Shown: piece by piece, positions 1 through 12,457 of the stretch
Numbering within the stretch: the stretch's first letter is position 1
How the letters are laid out: each line of letters opens with the position of its first letter
Origin: Octopus sinensis
Lineage: Eukaryota
Assembly: GCF_006345805.1 (NCBI RefSeq)
Contig: NC_042997.1
Location: 54,622,001-54,686,000, forward strand
Reading direction: 5' to 3'
Length of the DNA stretch: 64,000 nt
The notes under the pieces: generated by a model
Told to the model about the DNA's origin: nothing
The model's database searches: none
What the model saw: only the letters and a program-made list of their open reading frames with translations
Made by a program: the position numbers and the translations under genes

Positions 1-310
1 CTATGACCCTCTCTGTAACCTTCATTACCTGATCCAACAGCTTGATACCTCTGTAATTATTTGTATCTAGGGTGTCACCTTTACCTTTGTAGCAGTTGAC
101 TATTATGCTGCTACACCAGTCATTGGATATGACTCCTTCGTGTATCACCTGATTAACTATACGGGTGACCAGGCTATAGCCGACACTACCAGATATTTTG
201 AGCATCTCTGCAGTGATTCCTGATGGGCCTGGAGCTTTCCCTGTCTTCATGCTTCTAATTGCCTTAACTACCAAGGAACTGTCATCGAACATACATACAC
301 AAGAAGTGTG
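1..310 (-). mobile_element. RTE-clade LINE fragment (RT N-terminal region)
   Basis: Minus strand reads KAIRSMKTGKAPGPSGITAEMLK...DWCSSIIVNCYKGKGDTLDTNNYRGIKLLDQVMKVTERVI; runs off the window edge. Confidence 0.9.
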
Positions 311-457
311 TGTTGTTATTTCATGGGTCGGCTGTATTTTAGGTTTAAGAGAATATTTTTTCACTGTACCTAGTGTTAAAAACAACCGAAAGTAAGTCAG
401 AAGCCAGTGAAACAACTCACATAAGTTCCCTTTTTGGACCAACAGACAATGATGTTT

Positions 458-494
<37 letters not shown>

Positions 495-504
495 GTATAT
501 ATAT

Positions 505-1122
505 GACCTTTGAACTTTAGGCCTCATCGAGGCAATGACTAGTGACTAAGACTTTGGGAAATATGCTGTGCTTGAGAAGACCCGGCAAGCCAAATGAGAG
601 CATAACCTCGTGGCCTATGCCAGGGGCATAACCAGCCCACTTGTGCATACTTTTCCTTCTTTGAACACTAAACTCTGCTTGCGAAGACCTGTTGAGGCAA
701 GTGAAATCGAAATAAAATTTGATGACTGGCATCCGTGCTAGTGGGGCGCTAAGAGCACCATCCGAGCATGATTGTTGACAGAGTGGCCAACTGGCTTCTG
801 TGCCGGTGGCATGTAAAAGGCAACATTCGAGCGTGATCGTTACTAGCATCGCCTTACTGGCACTAGTGCTGGTGGCACATGAAAGAACATTTGAGCAAGG
901 CTGTTGCCAATACACCCTCCCTGGCCCCTGTGCTGGTGGCACGTAAAAGCACCCACTACACTCTCAGAGTGATTGGTGTTAGGAAGGGCATCCAACTGTA
1001 GAAACTCTGTCAGATCGAGATTGGAGCCTGGTGCAGCCATCTGGTTCGCCAGTCCTCAGTCAAATCGTCCAACCCATGCTAGCATAGAAAGCGGATGTTA
1101 AATGATGATGATGATGATGATA
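505..1122 (+). mobile_element. RTE LINE 3' end (ORF C-terminus, 3'UTR, (GAT)n tail)
   Basis: Matches the 3' ends of the copies at 15.8-17.0 kb and 27.1-29.0 kb; ends in gatgatgatgatgatga. Confidence 0.85.
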
Positions 1123-1489
1123 TATAAAAATATATCGTAACATATAATTGCCAACTATGTGTGGCGTCATATATAGGACAGTGCTACTGACGTTTATAGC
1201 CCCAGGAACACATCTCTTCCAGCTGGTTAATGACACATTCTATGTCCGATTATTATTTGCAAGAGGAAGTCATTGCTCCCATCCCTAACCTTTTGTGATA
1301 CACATGGACTCAAGTGTCTGGGTGATTACTTGTCCTTAGCATGTGTTAATCACGAGTTAGTGATGAAACTCACTCCACTCACAAAATACTATATGCTTTT
1401 TCGAGCAACAAAATGCAACCGACCCATGAACTAACAACACAAACATCTTGTGTATGTGTGTTCGATTTTGTTTATATATATATATTCGA

Positions 1490-1745
1490 GTATGATCGTT
1501 ACCAGCGTTGCCTTACTGACACTTGTGCCGGTGGCACATGAAAAAACATTTGAGCGAGGTCGTTGCCAGTGCCGCTGAACTGGCTCCTGTGTAGGTGGCA
1601 CATAAAAAACACCATTTGAGCGTGGCCGTTGCCAGTACCACCTGACTGGCCCTCGCGCTGGTGGCACGTAAAAGCACCCACTACACTCTCAGAGTGGTTG
1701 GCATTAGGAAGAGCATCCAGCCTTAGAAACATTGCCAGATCAGAT
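1490..1745 (+). mobile_element. RTE 3'UTR fragment
   Basis: Close match to 20380-20610; abuts the truncated Gypsy integrase. Confidence 0.8.
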
Positions 1746-4593
1746 AATGTGTAGTCTTATCCATGGACTCTGTACTTCTGGTCAAGGTTCCTATTTTTGA
1801 GTTGGTAATTTCGCTACCAGAGCACATCCTCTGCAGTCTTTTACTATGTTTTTACTTCCTTGTCCATCTTCGGCCAATACACATAACAGTGCAAAAGCAC
1901 TTTCATCCATGCAATCCCTGAATGTCCAATATGGAATTCTTTCAACATTCTTTTTTGTAGAGTGTCTGGTATCACAACCCTTTGGCCATACATCAGTACA
2001 CCGTCACATGTTGAATACATGTTTACATCTTGTTTTTTTTTCCTGAACCTTTTTTATTTTCTTTCACTGACTACAGAGTTTTTTTTATTTCATTAATGAA
2101 CTTGTTTTTTGATGCATGTCACTTTATCTCCTCCAGAGTTATTGGTAACTCTCATACAATGTTCCACATTATGTTTTAATTTCCCCTTTGGCTCTTAGGG
2201 TTGCTATTACTGTGTCCTTGAATGGGTTGCATTTCTGGGTATTAGCCTGGATAGGCTGTCAGCATGTCCTAGCTTTTTCAAAGGTAAATATTCCATTGCA
2301 TAGTTGTAGTTTATTAGTATGGTGCCCCATCACTGCAACCTGTTTGCTATATGTACTGGGATTCCTTTATTGGATCCAAAAATCATTAGCAATGGGTGAT
2401 GGTCTGTTTGTAGTCTAAACTGTCTACCATGTATAAACCTGTGGAACTTTTTTATACCAGATATAATCGCCAATGCCTCTTTTTCAATTAGGCTATAATT
2501 TTTTTCCACTGGCAATAGCATCCTTGACACTTGAGCTATGGCCTTTTAGCTGCCATCTTCATATTTGTATAGGAGTACGGCACCTCAGCCGTACTCACTA
2601 GCATCTGTTGCCAGTATTGTTTCCAATTTTGGGGCCTAAAGACAGGTGTTACCTTTTCTTTTATCGTGATCCACACTTTTATCTTAATCCTAATCCTTCC
2701 AAAAAACATTTGGAAACAATTTTTTAATGTTTTGTCTCAGTTGTTTGACTTCATTCAAACTTTTAACCATGCCAACTACATTTTCACAGAGAACACTAAT
2801 GTGGGTATTCCACATTTTAAATAACTCTATGCATTTTGTGCCAAATAGGTTTAGTGATTTTTTCCAATACATAAATGATTGTTCTTTTTGTTTCACCTTG
2901 AAAAGTTACATTGCAAATACATTCACTAATGAAATATGACTTCTTTCTTGTAACACCATATGCTACTTTATTTGATTTAAATAATTTCAGCTTACCGATT
3001 TGTCACCATGTTTTTTTCATATATGATAGTAATGTCTAATTGTATTTTGACATTAGTGGTTTCGATTCTCACCTTGATGAATTTTCTGTTCATTGTACAT
3101 GCTTTCTTCTCTGATGACAAACTATTTTTTCTTGTTTGGTCCAATTTTTTGTCATCTTAGTCCTGCAATGCAATTTAATGTGTCATGTGTTCCCACAATG
3201 AAAACATTTCACTTTTTTGAATGGACACTCTTTTCTCAGGTGCCTACCACCACATGTCATACATGGGTTTATCTCCTGATATATAGCATGCTTTTTGTGA
3301 AACAGTTTATCTGTCTGCCAACATTTTTGCACTGGTTTTATCTGTAAACAATCTCTGTGTTGGATTTCTTGTGTCGTGCCTTACTTTTAATATCCTATTG
3401 CACACTTCTGATCATTTCTGGAGAGTTCATTTTCATAACTTGGTTCATTTTCAGCTTTGTGAGAATTTTTGTTTTGACTTCTGTGTCCTTTTTAACAATA
3501 AGCCCCTGAGCAAAAATCAGGCATTTGAATGAGTCTGGAGTTAGTTTATCCAGTTTAAATCTCTCACACCCTCTGTTCACTCTTCCCGCATATGTGGTAA
3601 AGTCTTTTTCATTGCTTTTCTCAGTGTTCAAACACTTCCAATGTGTGTTGAATAACAATGGTTTTTCACTAAATATCCTACATAAAATGTCAATTGTGTC
3701 CATGAAATTTGTCAGAAACTTTTTTAGGCAATAAAAAGTTAGAGTATTTCTTATGCTCTATTGCCACTGGTTTTTTTAGAATTAGACGCGTTTTCATTTT
3801 GTCCATCCAGTCTTGGCATTCTTTTTCAAAAATTTGTTCAAATTTTTGGTAAAATGCCTCAAAAGCGATTCCTTCTTCTGGGTCATATTTAAATTCATTT
3901 ATTGAATTTGCAACATGGTCTGGCAAAAAACGTATTTTCCGGTTTTGTTACTAACTTCATTAGTTGTAGCATTTGTGGCTGTAACATTTGTTATTGTTCT
4001 TGTTGTTCTTTGAGTTGTTGTTGTTGCTGTTTTTGCAACTCAACTAAACCCTGTATCAAGTTTTCCATAATTTTTCGGATTTTTCATAAGATATATACAA
4101 CAAAAATGTTTGTTACTCCTCTGTTGAGTTTTTAATTTCTCCACATGGAAACGTTTTCAACACCGTCTGCATGAATTGTATATTTTCTTAGGAAAAATAA
4201 AATGTTTAATTTGTGTTCAATGTTTTCCACATGAATTGTTTATATCCTCGTCGCCACTGTTATAATGTGGATCCTCATCCACTTGTATATTGTTGTCGGT
4301 ACTGTAATATTCTTGTCACCACTATTATGTTGTGGTAGTATTCTGTGTCATTATCTTTGACCCATCTATTGTGCTATCGCTGAGAGCCCCACAAGACAAT
4401 GACTTTGAAATGTCTACCTTTGATAGTAACTCAAACTGGTATATCTCATGTAACTGGCTCTATTTCCCACTGAGAACTCATACATCGACTCTACTACTAC
4501 TGACCACCTACAATAACTGACTGTCCAACTTTAAAATGGCTTACTCATACCACTTTGCCATATGGGAAGGTGCATACCATTTTCACTACAACA
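1746..4593 (-). mobile_element. Degenerate Ty3/Gypsy LTR retrotransposon (5' LTR, PBS, gag, protease region, RNase H, start of integrase; RT deleted)
   Basis: gag NSINEFKYDPEEGIAFEAF...WKCLN; RNase H ATDASEYG...EKNYSLIEKEALAIISGIKKFHRFIHGRQFRLQTDHHPLL; integrase Zn region FHIGHSGIAWMK...YWPKMDKEV; PBS TGGCGACGAGG at 4256-4246; stops and frameshifts. Confidence 0.9.
4258..4593 (-). repeat. 5' LTR of the Gypsy element
   Basis: On the minus strand it ends ...TATAACA one base before the PBS and starts TG near 4590-4593; outer boundary approximate. Confidence 0.6.
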
Positions 4594-4682
4594 ATATCCT
4601 TCCTTATACAGAATAGCAGCAGGAAATAATAGCAAGAGTAAAAAAAATTCGGAAAAAAAAATGTCCTACAGTTAGAGAAGAT

Positions 4683-5250
4683 ATTTATAGAGACAATATG
4701 CCATTAATATGGTGAAATATGAACAGACATAAACTTGATAGCTTTAAGCAGGACCTAATAAAGTTAATTAGCAAATTAGAATTACATATTATTGTGAACA
4801 CTAAATCTTACTGAATTTAGGTTTTTAGACAACATTCTGAATCTTGACATGAATAAATTTAGATTGTATTATAAGCATAACGAGAAATACTATTATATGA
4901 AGGAGAGTTCTAATTCCCCGCCTGTCATTTTACCTAATTTAGTTGTGGCTCATCATATTCATCGCAAGTGCTTCTCATTATTATAACACAGCTCTTGAAA
5001 TCTGGATTCTCTGAGAAGATACAGTATCTACTTGAATCTAATGTCTCATAGCACAGGAACAAGTTTTTTGGGGGATTGATCTACCATTTTCCAGTAAATC
5101 AGAAATATAAAATCTTCAAATGAAATTGTATTTAAGTGAGCTATTCTGGATGTGAAAAAAACTTTGTTAGTTACATCAGAATTTACAGAACTAAATGGAT
5201 CTATAACCTTTGTGCAATAATGTCAGTCTGGATAATTACTTTCTTTAAGG
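4683..5250 (+). mobile_element. Old Penelope-like element remnant (RT C-terminal region)
   Basis: Degenerate YRDN (YRDD-like), FLDNILNL, YYNTAL-KSGFSEKIQY and KLSYS-like motifs across frameshifts. Confidence 0.6.
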
Positions 5251-6079
5251 TAATTGCTACGTGAAATAATTTGTACTAGTGGGGCCTGTGAATATTTCAT
5301 GGAATTAATGATAAGCTTATTGGGTTATTTCTGAAAACTTTGTCCAAAAAACTTGAACATGTAGCCTGTGTTGTGTCTGTATCAAAAGATAGTTACTCAT
5401 CTGCTAATCATTCAAAAGTGAAGGAAATTGGAATACGAGGATTACTTAATGCACTTTATTTACTTTATGCACAATTTTATAGACTTAATGCACAGCACTC
5501 GCCCTCTTTCTCTCTAACTCTTTGCCTTACCCATTTTTTCTCTCTCCTTTTGCTTTCACTCTTTCCCTTTCCTTTCAACTAATCATGTGAAAGTGTTACA
5601 GATGGGTTAAATAACAGAGGAAAAAAACTTAGTTAAAAAATTACACATTTCACTCACCACTACCTCTTCTTCTCCCCTATTTCCCCTCCTACATCTCTCC
5701 CTCCCCACCCCTTCAACTAATCACGTAGAAGTGTTATGGATGGGCTAAGTAACAGGGGAACATGCAGAATTATTATAAGATACTACACTAAAATATTTTG
5801 AGCTATGGCTTGAAACCAAAGTCATATATTAGATTGTCTGAGCATTATTTTAAAACTCAGATTTACCAGCAATGACAATCCTTTTTTGACTATGAAATAA
5901 AGTTTGAAACTGCTTTGTTGAATTGCATTTGCTTTCTGAGAGAGAAAATCAAGTACACATTCAATATCACCAGGTCAATCTTGGATAGAACTCCTATCAT
6001 TGCCAGCTGTACCTATGTGAAAAACTGCTAATTCTGCCTTAAGAAAACTTTATTCTAAAAGTTTTATGGACCACATGAT

Positions 6080-7480
6080 TTTATTATTATTTTTATTATT
6101 GTTATTATTTTCATTGGCGCTTTTGCTTTGGCAGATGTTATGCCAATACCATACCAAAAGAGAGAGCCATATCCAATGCCCAAAGGTCCTTTGGGTCATT
6201 CCTTCTCCTTCATTTTTTAACACCTTCCTTAGGATCCTTGCTGTTCTTAACTAGGCTGTTTTCTGCAACAGCTCCATTCTGATGATAATTCCTCGCTTCT
6301 CAAGCCATGCATCCAACTAACTGCTCCCAGTGCACCAACCACAATTGGTGCCACTTCTATGTGCCTGGTTCTCCATAGTTTCCTGATTTCTCTCTTTTGC
6401 TCCTGGTATTTCTCCACTTTCTCACTTTCCTTTCCATTTATCTTGTGGTCCCACAGTGAAGGAATATTCACAATAATTGCTTTGTTTTATTCTGTGACAA
6501 CAATGTCAGGTTTTCTATCTATAATAATATGGTCACACTGGATGATCATGTCCCTCAAAATTTTATATTGTTCATTTTCAGCAACCCTTTTTGGTTCATG
6601 CTGATACCATTTCTCACTTCTTTTCATGACAGAGCTCCCAGTGAACCAATCTGGCAATTTTGTTGTGCCTTTTCTTGTACACTATTTGTGCAAGCATCTT
6701 ACATCCACTAATAATGTGATTTATTGTTTCACCTTTCTCACTACACAACCTGCAAAGTGGAGAAGTCAGACTTATCAAGATTGAACTTGAGATTGTTTTC
6801 AGTGCCTGTTCTGGGGTTGCGAAGATAAGGGTTTCAGTTTCAACTTTCAAGTCACTTTTCTAGTCCATTCTCAGATCTTGTCTTTGTCAACTGTTTTAGG
6901 CATTTCCTGCAAGAAGTGACCATACATTTTTTCTTTCCATCTATTCAAGGTATCATACTGCTTAGGACTTTTATTTTTCTTACACTGGGCCTCAGTCTCT
7001 CCTTTGAATTCTTTACATACCATGCCAATTATTTTCTTCAGACTTTAAACACAATTCACAATTAATGAGACCTCTTCCTCCTTTCTGTCATGATAGATAT
7101 AGTCTGTCCACATCACTTTTAGGGTGTTGAGCTCCTTTCTTGGTCTTTCTATCAAGCTTCTTAAGTTCATCACTTCTCCACTCTGTCATATCACTAAATT
7201 TGTCTTTAACACCAATTTCAGATTCTGTTTATATTCCTTTGATATCAGTTCTTTCATTTACTTCTCTTTTCATATGGTCTGTTTCCAAGATGCTTAAGCA
7301 CTTGTACACATTATCATCAATTTCCTCCATAACTTGCACGTCTGGTAATACAATTTATTCTATCTTATCAATTCTACCTCTCTTCAGTATATCACCCCAC
7401 ACTTTTTTTTTATGTCAGCTTCTGTCCCTATGTCCATGCTGAATGTATGAGCTGTCTGTATAAGGGAATCAATCTGTTCA
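6080..7480 (-). mobile_element. R4/Dong-clade non-LTR retrotransposon, 5'-truncated (RT end, Zn knuckle, restriction-like endonuclease)
   Basis: SDLKVETETLIF, CRLCSEKGETINHIISGC..RHNKIARLVHW, DRKPDIVV, EKVEKYQ, PIVVGALG, TARILRKVL; (TAA)n tail at ~6080-6110. Confidence 0.9.
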
Positions 7481-7486
7481 TAAGGA

Positions 7487-7660
7487 ATTATTATTATTAC
7501 TTAATGAAAATTCTCAGCTTATTTTACTGGGCATGGTGAAAAGTGTCAGCTGTCCACAGCCAGCAAATTAAGGTGACACTTGTTTATTGGTTATACTTCA
7601 AGAACCATGCAAAGAAGTCTTGCAGTTTCAAGCAATACTGATTTTTGTAGGTGTTCTATC

Positions 7661-7661
<1 letters not shown>
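7487..7661 (-). mobile_element. Very short 3' fragment of a second R4/Dong element
   Basis: KIEHLQKSVLLETARLLCMVLEV* plus 3'UTR, with (TAA)n on both sides. Confidence 0.8.

Positions 7662-7700
<39 letters not shown>
7661..7700. repeat. (TTA)n microsatellite
   Basis: Direct sequence. Confidence 0.95.
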
Positions 7701-7701
<1 letters not shown>

Positions 7702-9379
7702 TGAAGTTCCCAGTTTAGAAGGGTCCTCTGAAAGATGCATCATAAACAATGTGTTTGTGGCAGAAATGGCTCTGAGCCGTTTTTTATATGAGTAACACAA
7801 AGGCATTGTATGTGTTAGGGCTCATGTGCTGAAACACTAGGGCACAAAAGCCAAGTTATGGGCTCAGTTGGTGTAAGTGCAACATGGTTAGAAAGCCACA
7901 ATTTGATTTATGATGTACCGCAACTGGTGATCTGCCATAGTTTGATTCCAAACAGATGAATGCAGTTTCCTAGCAGCATTTTGCTAAATTGTTCTTGATG
8001 AGTGACTGACTGGAGACTAGAATTCCATGTCTATCTTGATAGTTTGCTGTGACTCTTGAATAAGGAGACAGAGTTCCATGAAAAGCCAATATCAGCACAT
8101 GAACTAGTGGATGTCCTGAGCTGCTTGCTATGGGAAAATCACTGGGTTTGGATAGTCTGCCTAAGCTCTATTTCCACATGCCAGACCTGTTTGCTCCTGT
8201 CTTGATAGATGTCTGCTGCAAGTGATATCGAACCAAGAGAATTTCCAGCTGGTTATCTTGTATTTCACTAGTTTGTGTCTTATTTAACCATTGTAAAGTT
8301 CCTTTCCTCCTCTGTAACATTTTTCCTTCCATAAAGTAAAACTTGTCTTCATCCTGGCTATTATTTCTCTCCTGTTGATTTATTAGACTCTGTGATATTT
8401 CTTGTTCAATTTCTTTTTTCTACATTGTTATTTTCTTTATCCTTTCACTGTTTTAGAGATCTCTTCTGGCTCCAACTATCTTTTCGTGATTAATTTCTTT
8501 CTGATCTAAAATTCTTTGTTCTGTGACTGAAAATATGTCCTTATCCATATTCCATACATCCTTTTCCTGGATCCTGTTTTGGTAGATTCACTTCTCTAGT
8601 AAAATTTAATCGCTGGCTTATTGTCATTTTGTCACTACCTTCTCCTAATCTTGCTGCAAGTTATTGAATAACAGCCAGGCCCATCCTGCTGCAAAGTGGG
8701 ACATTTGTCATACAAGAGACCTTCATTTTAGGCTCCAATATCATTAATTGTAACAGTGATAATACTTTTTATTTGACAAGCAAAGTAGCTAGTTGGAAAA
8801 TCTCTATAAGAGATGAAAGTAGTAACTATACTGAAATGTAATGTTTATTGCCACATCAATATGGCAGTTCAACTGATTTTAACCCCAGGAAGAGCCTCCT
8901 CTAGCTGGTCATCGATGCAATCTGCACCCGGTATATACTGCAAGCAGGGGAACAAACCCTACCACTTTCTAGCAGACAATGGGATCACCAGACTGAATGG
9001 TTTTGGGGTATTTGTGTCCATTGTTAGTGGCAAAAACCCAGCCGCTAGAGATAGCAGGAGTTCACTTCAGCGCGCAATATATAGAAAACCAAGCAACAAT
9101 CAGTCACTGATCTCACAACAAGCAAAATAGCTAGCTAGAACATGTCTATAAGAAATGAAAGTAGTAACTATACTGGGAAGTAATGTTCATTTGCCATATC
9201 AGTATGGCTGTTCAATGTTCAACTACCTACTTGCAAAAATGATTTGCAAAGTTTTCAGCTTGCAGTAAATGTAATAAAGATAACTCTACTCTTTTGTTGA
9301 GTCCTCTCTTTTTCCCTTCTTGTTCACACTATGAACACATTACATACATACATAGACATGCACATGCACACACACATGG

Positions 9380-9700
9380 ATCTGGGTTTAGTGACATGTT
9401 GGGAAAATGTCTTCTAACATAGCTCTGGATGGACCAAAGCTTTGTGAGAGGATTTTCTTGACAGAAACTGAAAGAAACCTGTCTCATATATACGTATATA
9501 TACCAATGTGTGTGTGTTGTTATTCATGACTGTACTTCACCACCACTTTTTACAACTTGTCTTGATTTGTTTATGTCCCTGTAACTTAGTGGTTCGGCAA
9601 AAGAAACTGATAGAATAAGTACCAAACTTTTAAAAAAAGAAAAGAATAAGTCCTGGGCTCAATTTGTTTGATTAAAACCTCCAAGGCAGTGCCCCAGCTT
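9380..9700 (-). mobile_element. Degenerate SINE related to the 25.3 kb/51.8 kb family
   Basis: Shares gaaactgaaagaaacc..., cttagtggttcggcaaaagaaactgatagaataagtac with 51970-52130; segments in mixed orientation, so strand is tentative. Confidence 0.55.
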
Positions 9701-10762
9701 GGCTGCTGTCTAATAACAGAAATTTTCTGTATTTTCTGTTACTGTCACAGTTTTCTACTTTTTAAAATTTTGTTCCAACTGTTTTCAAATTTGGTTTTGT
9801 ATGCTAATTATGAAAATGAAATTCCTTTTTGCTATAAATTAACAAATAAAAAAAAAGTTAACTTTTAAAGCTTGCAAATTTTAGGTAATTTTAAACAATC
9901 AAAAACTATAGACACGTTGGTGCTTGTTTCCATAATAACAAATGAAGCTTTAGCCTGCTTAAACCACTACAATATGAATTTTCTTTGACAAGTGCTTATT
10001 TTCATATATTTTTCTTTTTGAAGAAATAGATATTTTCTATAGCTGTCCTGCCTCATTTTCATAATTTTGAGCTGTGTTTTTCTTAAGGTTTTCAACCTAA
10101 ATACAAGTATAACCACAACCAGCTCATTTAATCTTTTGAGTGTGATGAAGAAAGGGAAAACCAAGTAGGATGAAATCTCCTACTTTCAAAGGAAGGTATT
10201 ATTCCTGAAAGAAAATTGTGTAAAGAGAGACTCAGCACCACATGTATGTTTTTTTCAGCCTACATAATTTCTTTGATGAGTCACACCCTAACCCTAAACC
10301 TAACCTTAAACCCTAACCCTAATCCTGAACCTGAACATGCAATTTTCGTTGAGGATCTTTTTCTTTTTAAATTGTTTATATGCCTGTTTGACAGTTTCAC
10401 ATGACTTTATTCATTAAAACTTCAAGCTTCAAAACTTTTGTTGCTTTAAAATTGTTTTTATTTTGTAATAACTATCATGCAGAATATGCCTGCTTCCAAA
10501 TCCTGTTTTCTGATTGAGTAAAAATGATCAAACTTTAAGCCTCTGTAAAATTTTTCTGATTTTTTTTTTCTGGAATAAATAAATAACAAAATGGGATTTA
10601 GCATGAAAAATTACATCAATATACCAAATTTGAAAATTTTTACCTAATTTTAAAATTTCACAATTTGTGACAACAAAACAAACCTGAAAATTTATTCTCA
10701 ATAAACATTTATCACATTTAAACAATGTTTAAAAGTATTTTGTTTTGTTAACAAAATACATT

Positions 10763-10793
<31 letters not shown>

Positions 10794-11144
10794 GCACACA
10801 TACACATACTAACTCACATGTGCATGCTTCTCCCTCTGTAATAACATTTAATGAAGGTCGTTTAATTATTGCCTCCAATTTCACTATATTTTATGTATCA
10901 AAACTCATGGTATTAATAACATTATGCTTTCGAATATACATTGAACTTGGAAGACAGTGGATGTTCTGTCTAACATCAGAATAGTAACCTTTTACTAAAT
11001 TATACTGCAAATTCCATACATCAAATTAGCATTTTTATTCAATTTGCAAATCATTTACATATATTTTATAATTAACATTTATAGTTTTAACTGGGTAGGT
11101 GTTGTCTGCCTTATCCAGATGACATGTGCCTGATTTAATATATA

Positions 11145-11488
11145 CGAGGTACATTCAGAAGGCATCTGACTTTATTTTTTCTTGCCAAAGCTAATGTTTC
11201 TTGGGCAAAATCCCGTAGATGGGAGGTAACGCCACCCTTCTTGTGCATGCGTGAATACTTTTGAACCTGTAGGTCACGTCAGTTCCCAACTGTTATGCCT
11301 AGAGACAGACATATAGTGAGTGCTCGTCAGATTTTCGTTTTCACTCATAATGACCAAACATATTGAGCAGAGACATTACACCAAGTTTAGCTAAGAGCTT
11401 GGCGATACTCAAGCTTAAACCATCTAGAAGATTCAGCAGGCCTTTGACAATGATGTCATGGACAAAACTCAGATCAAGGAGTGATACT
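11145..11488 (+). mobile_element. Mariner 5' fragment (TIR plus transposase N-terminus)
   Basis: TA-CGAGG start; MTKHIEQRHYTKFS*ELGDTQA*TI*KIQQAFDNDVMDKTQIKE resembles a mariner HTH N-terminus. Confidence 0.75.
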
Positions 11489-11531
11489 TATTCTATTGGT
11501 CTGTTTTACCAAACTGCTAAGTTATACCAAT

Positions 11532-12280
11532 GTGTGTAACAAAATAAGAAGTTGGAAAATGTTTTTGGTATTATTTAGTCACTGCATCACATATTTCATT
11601 TGCTAATAGGAATCACAAAGTTGCATGTATTGGATAAACATATAAGAAATTTCCTATAAGTAATTCTTCAGGCAGAGAATCAAACAATGCATTTGATTCT
11701 CTGTCTGAAATTTCCTATTTCTAATAGGAAATTTCTTGCACATGTAACAGGATCAGTTTCGGTATCACTGGAGGGGTGTCCGATCTGATCCCGTCACATT
11801 CAATTTTAGTTAAAATAACAGACAAGTCAGGCGATCTACGAACACAGCAAAATGTTGTTTATTTCTCGTTGTAATGTAGAACTGGTGTACGTGTTCTCTG
11901 GAGGGAAACCGACAGCCGAATCTGTAGTACTGATTCTTGTTTGTTAGTCAAAATGATTCGTCGTGGTTTGCTGCTTGATTGGTATGAAGTCCTCAGAGAC
12001 TGCCAGTACATATCCGTTCACGAGTGCTGCTAGGGCCAGAAAGGATGAATGAGCGACCTGCATTTTAGGGGTCAGTTTCCCGCACATGCACATGGGGAAG
12101 ACTTCTGGTGGCCAACCGGAAGTAATCCCATTCTGCACATGTGCACTGAACCTTACACAGCAGCATCACTACACACATTTATCCAACATGTACGACCGTG
12201 ATTCCTAATAGCAAATTAAACATGTGTAATGGTGAATAAATAATATCAAAAACATTTCCAACATCCTATTTTGTTATATA
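11532..12280. mobile_element. Palindromic MITE/foldback element (~315 bp) interrupted by a solo LTR
   Basis: Left arm 11532-11680 is the reverse complement of 11690-11742 plus 12174-12280; central hairpin CAGGCAGAGAATCAAA/TTTGATTCTCTGTCTG. Confidence 0.75.
11743..12173 (-). mobile_element. Solo LTR (431 bp)
   Basis: TGTA...TACA termini; 4-bp TSD CACA (11739-42, 12174-77); CpG retained; AATAAA on the minus strand near 11860. Confidence 0.8.
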
Positions 12281-12457
12281 ATATCTGCAAACAACATTTC
12301 CAGAATTTTAAACTCTAATATCAATACAACAATGACAACAGCTATATACTGGATTGTAATACTGGAATAAACAGATGTGCTTCAAGAGGACACAGCATAG
12401 ATTTTTCACTTCCTACATAATATGTGTGTGTGTGTGTATTAATATTTGCTCTTATGA

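Noticed and set aside
690-1000. CRISPR-like repeat-spacer look of the GGTGGCAC modules
   Set aside because: Eukaryotic LINE 3'UTR; the repeats are degenerate, the spacers are related to each other, and there are no cas genes
1140-1425. GC-richer segment that looks like a dispersed repeat
   Set aside because: No second copy, termini or TSD found in this window, so it cannot be classified
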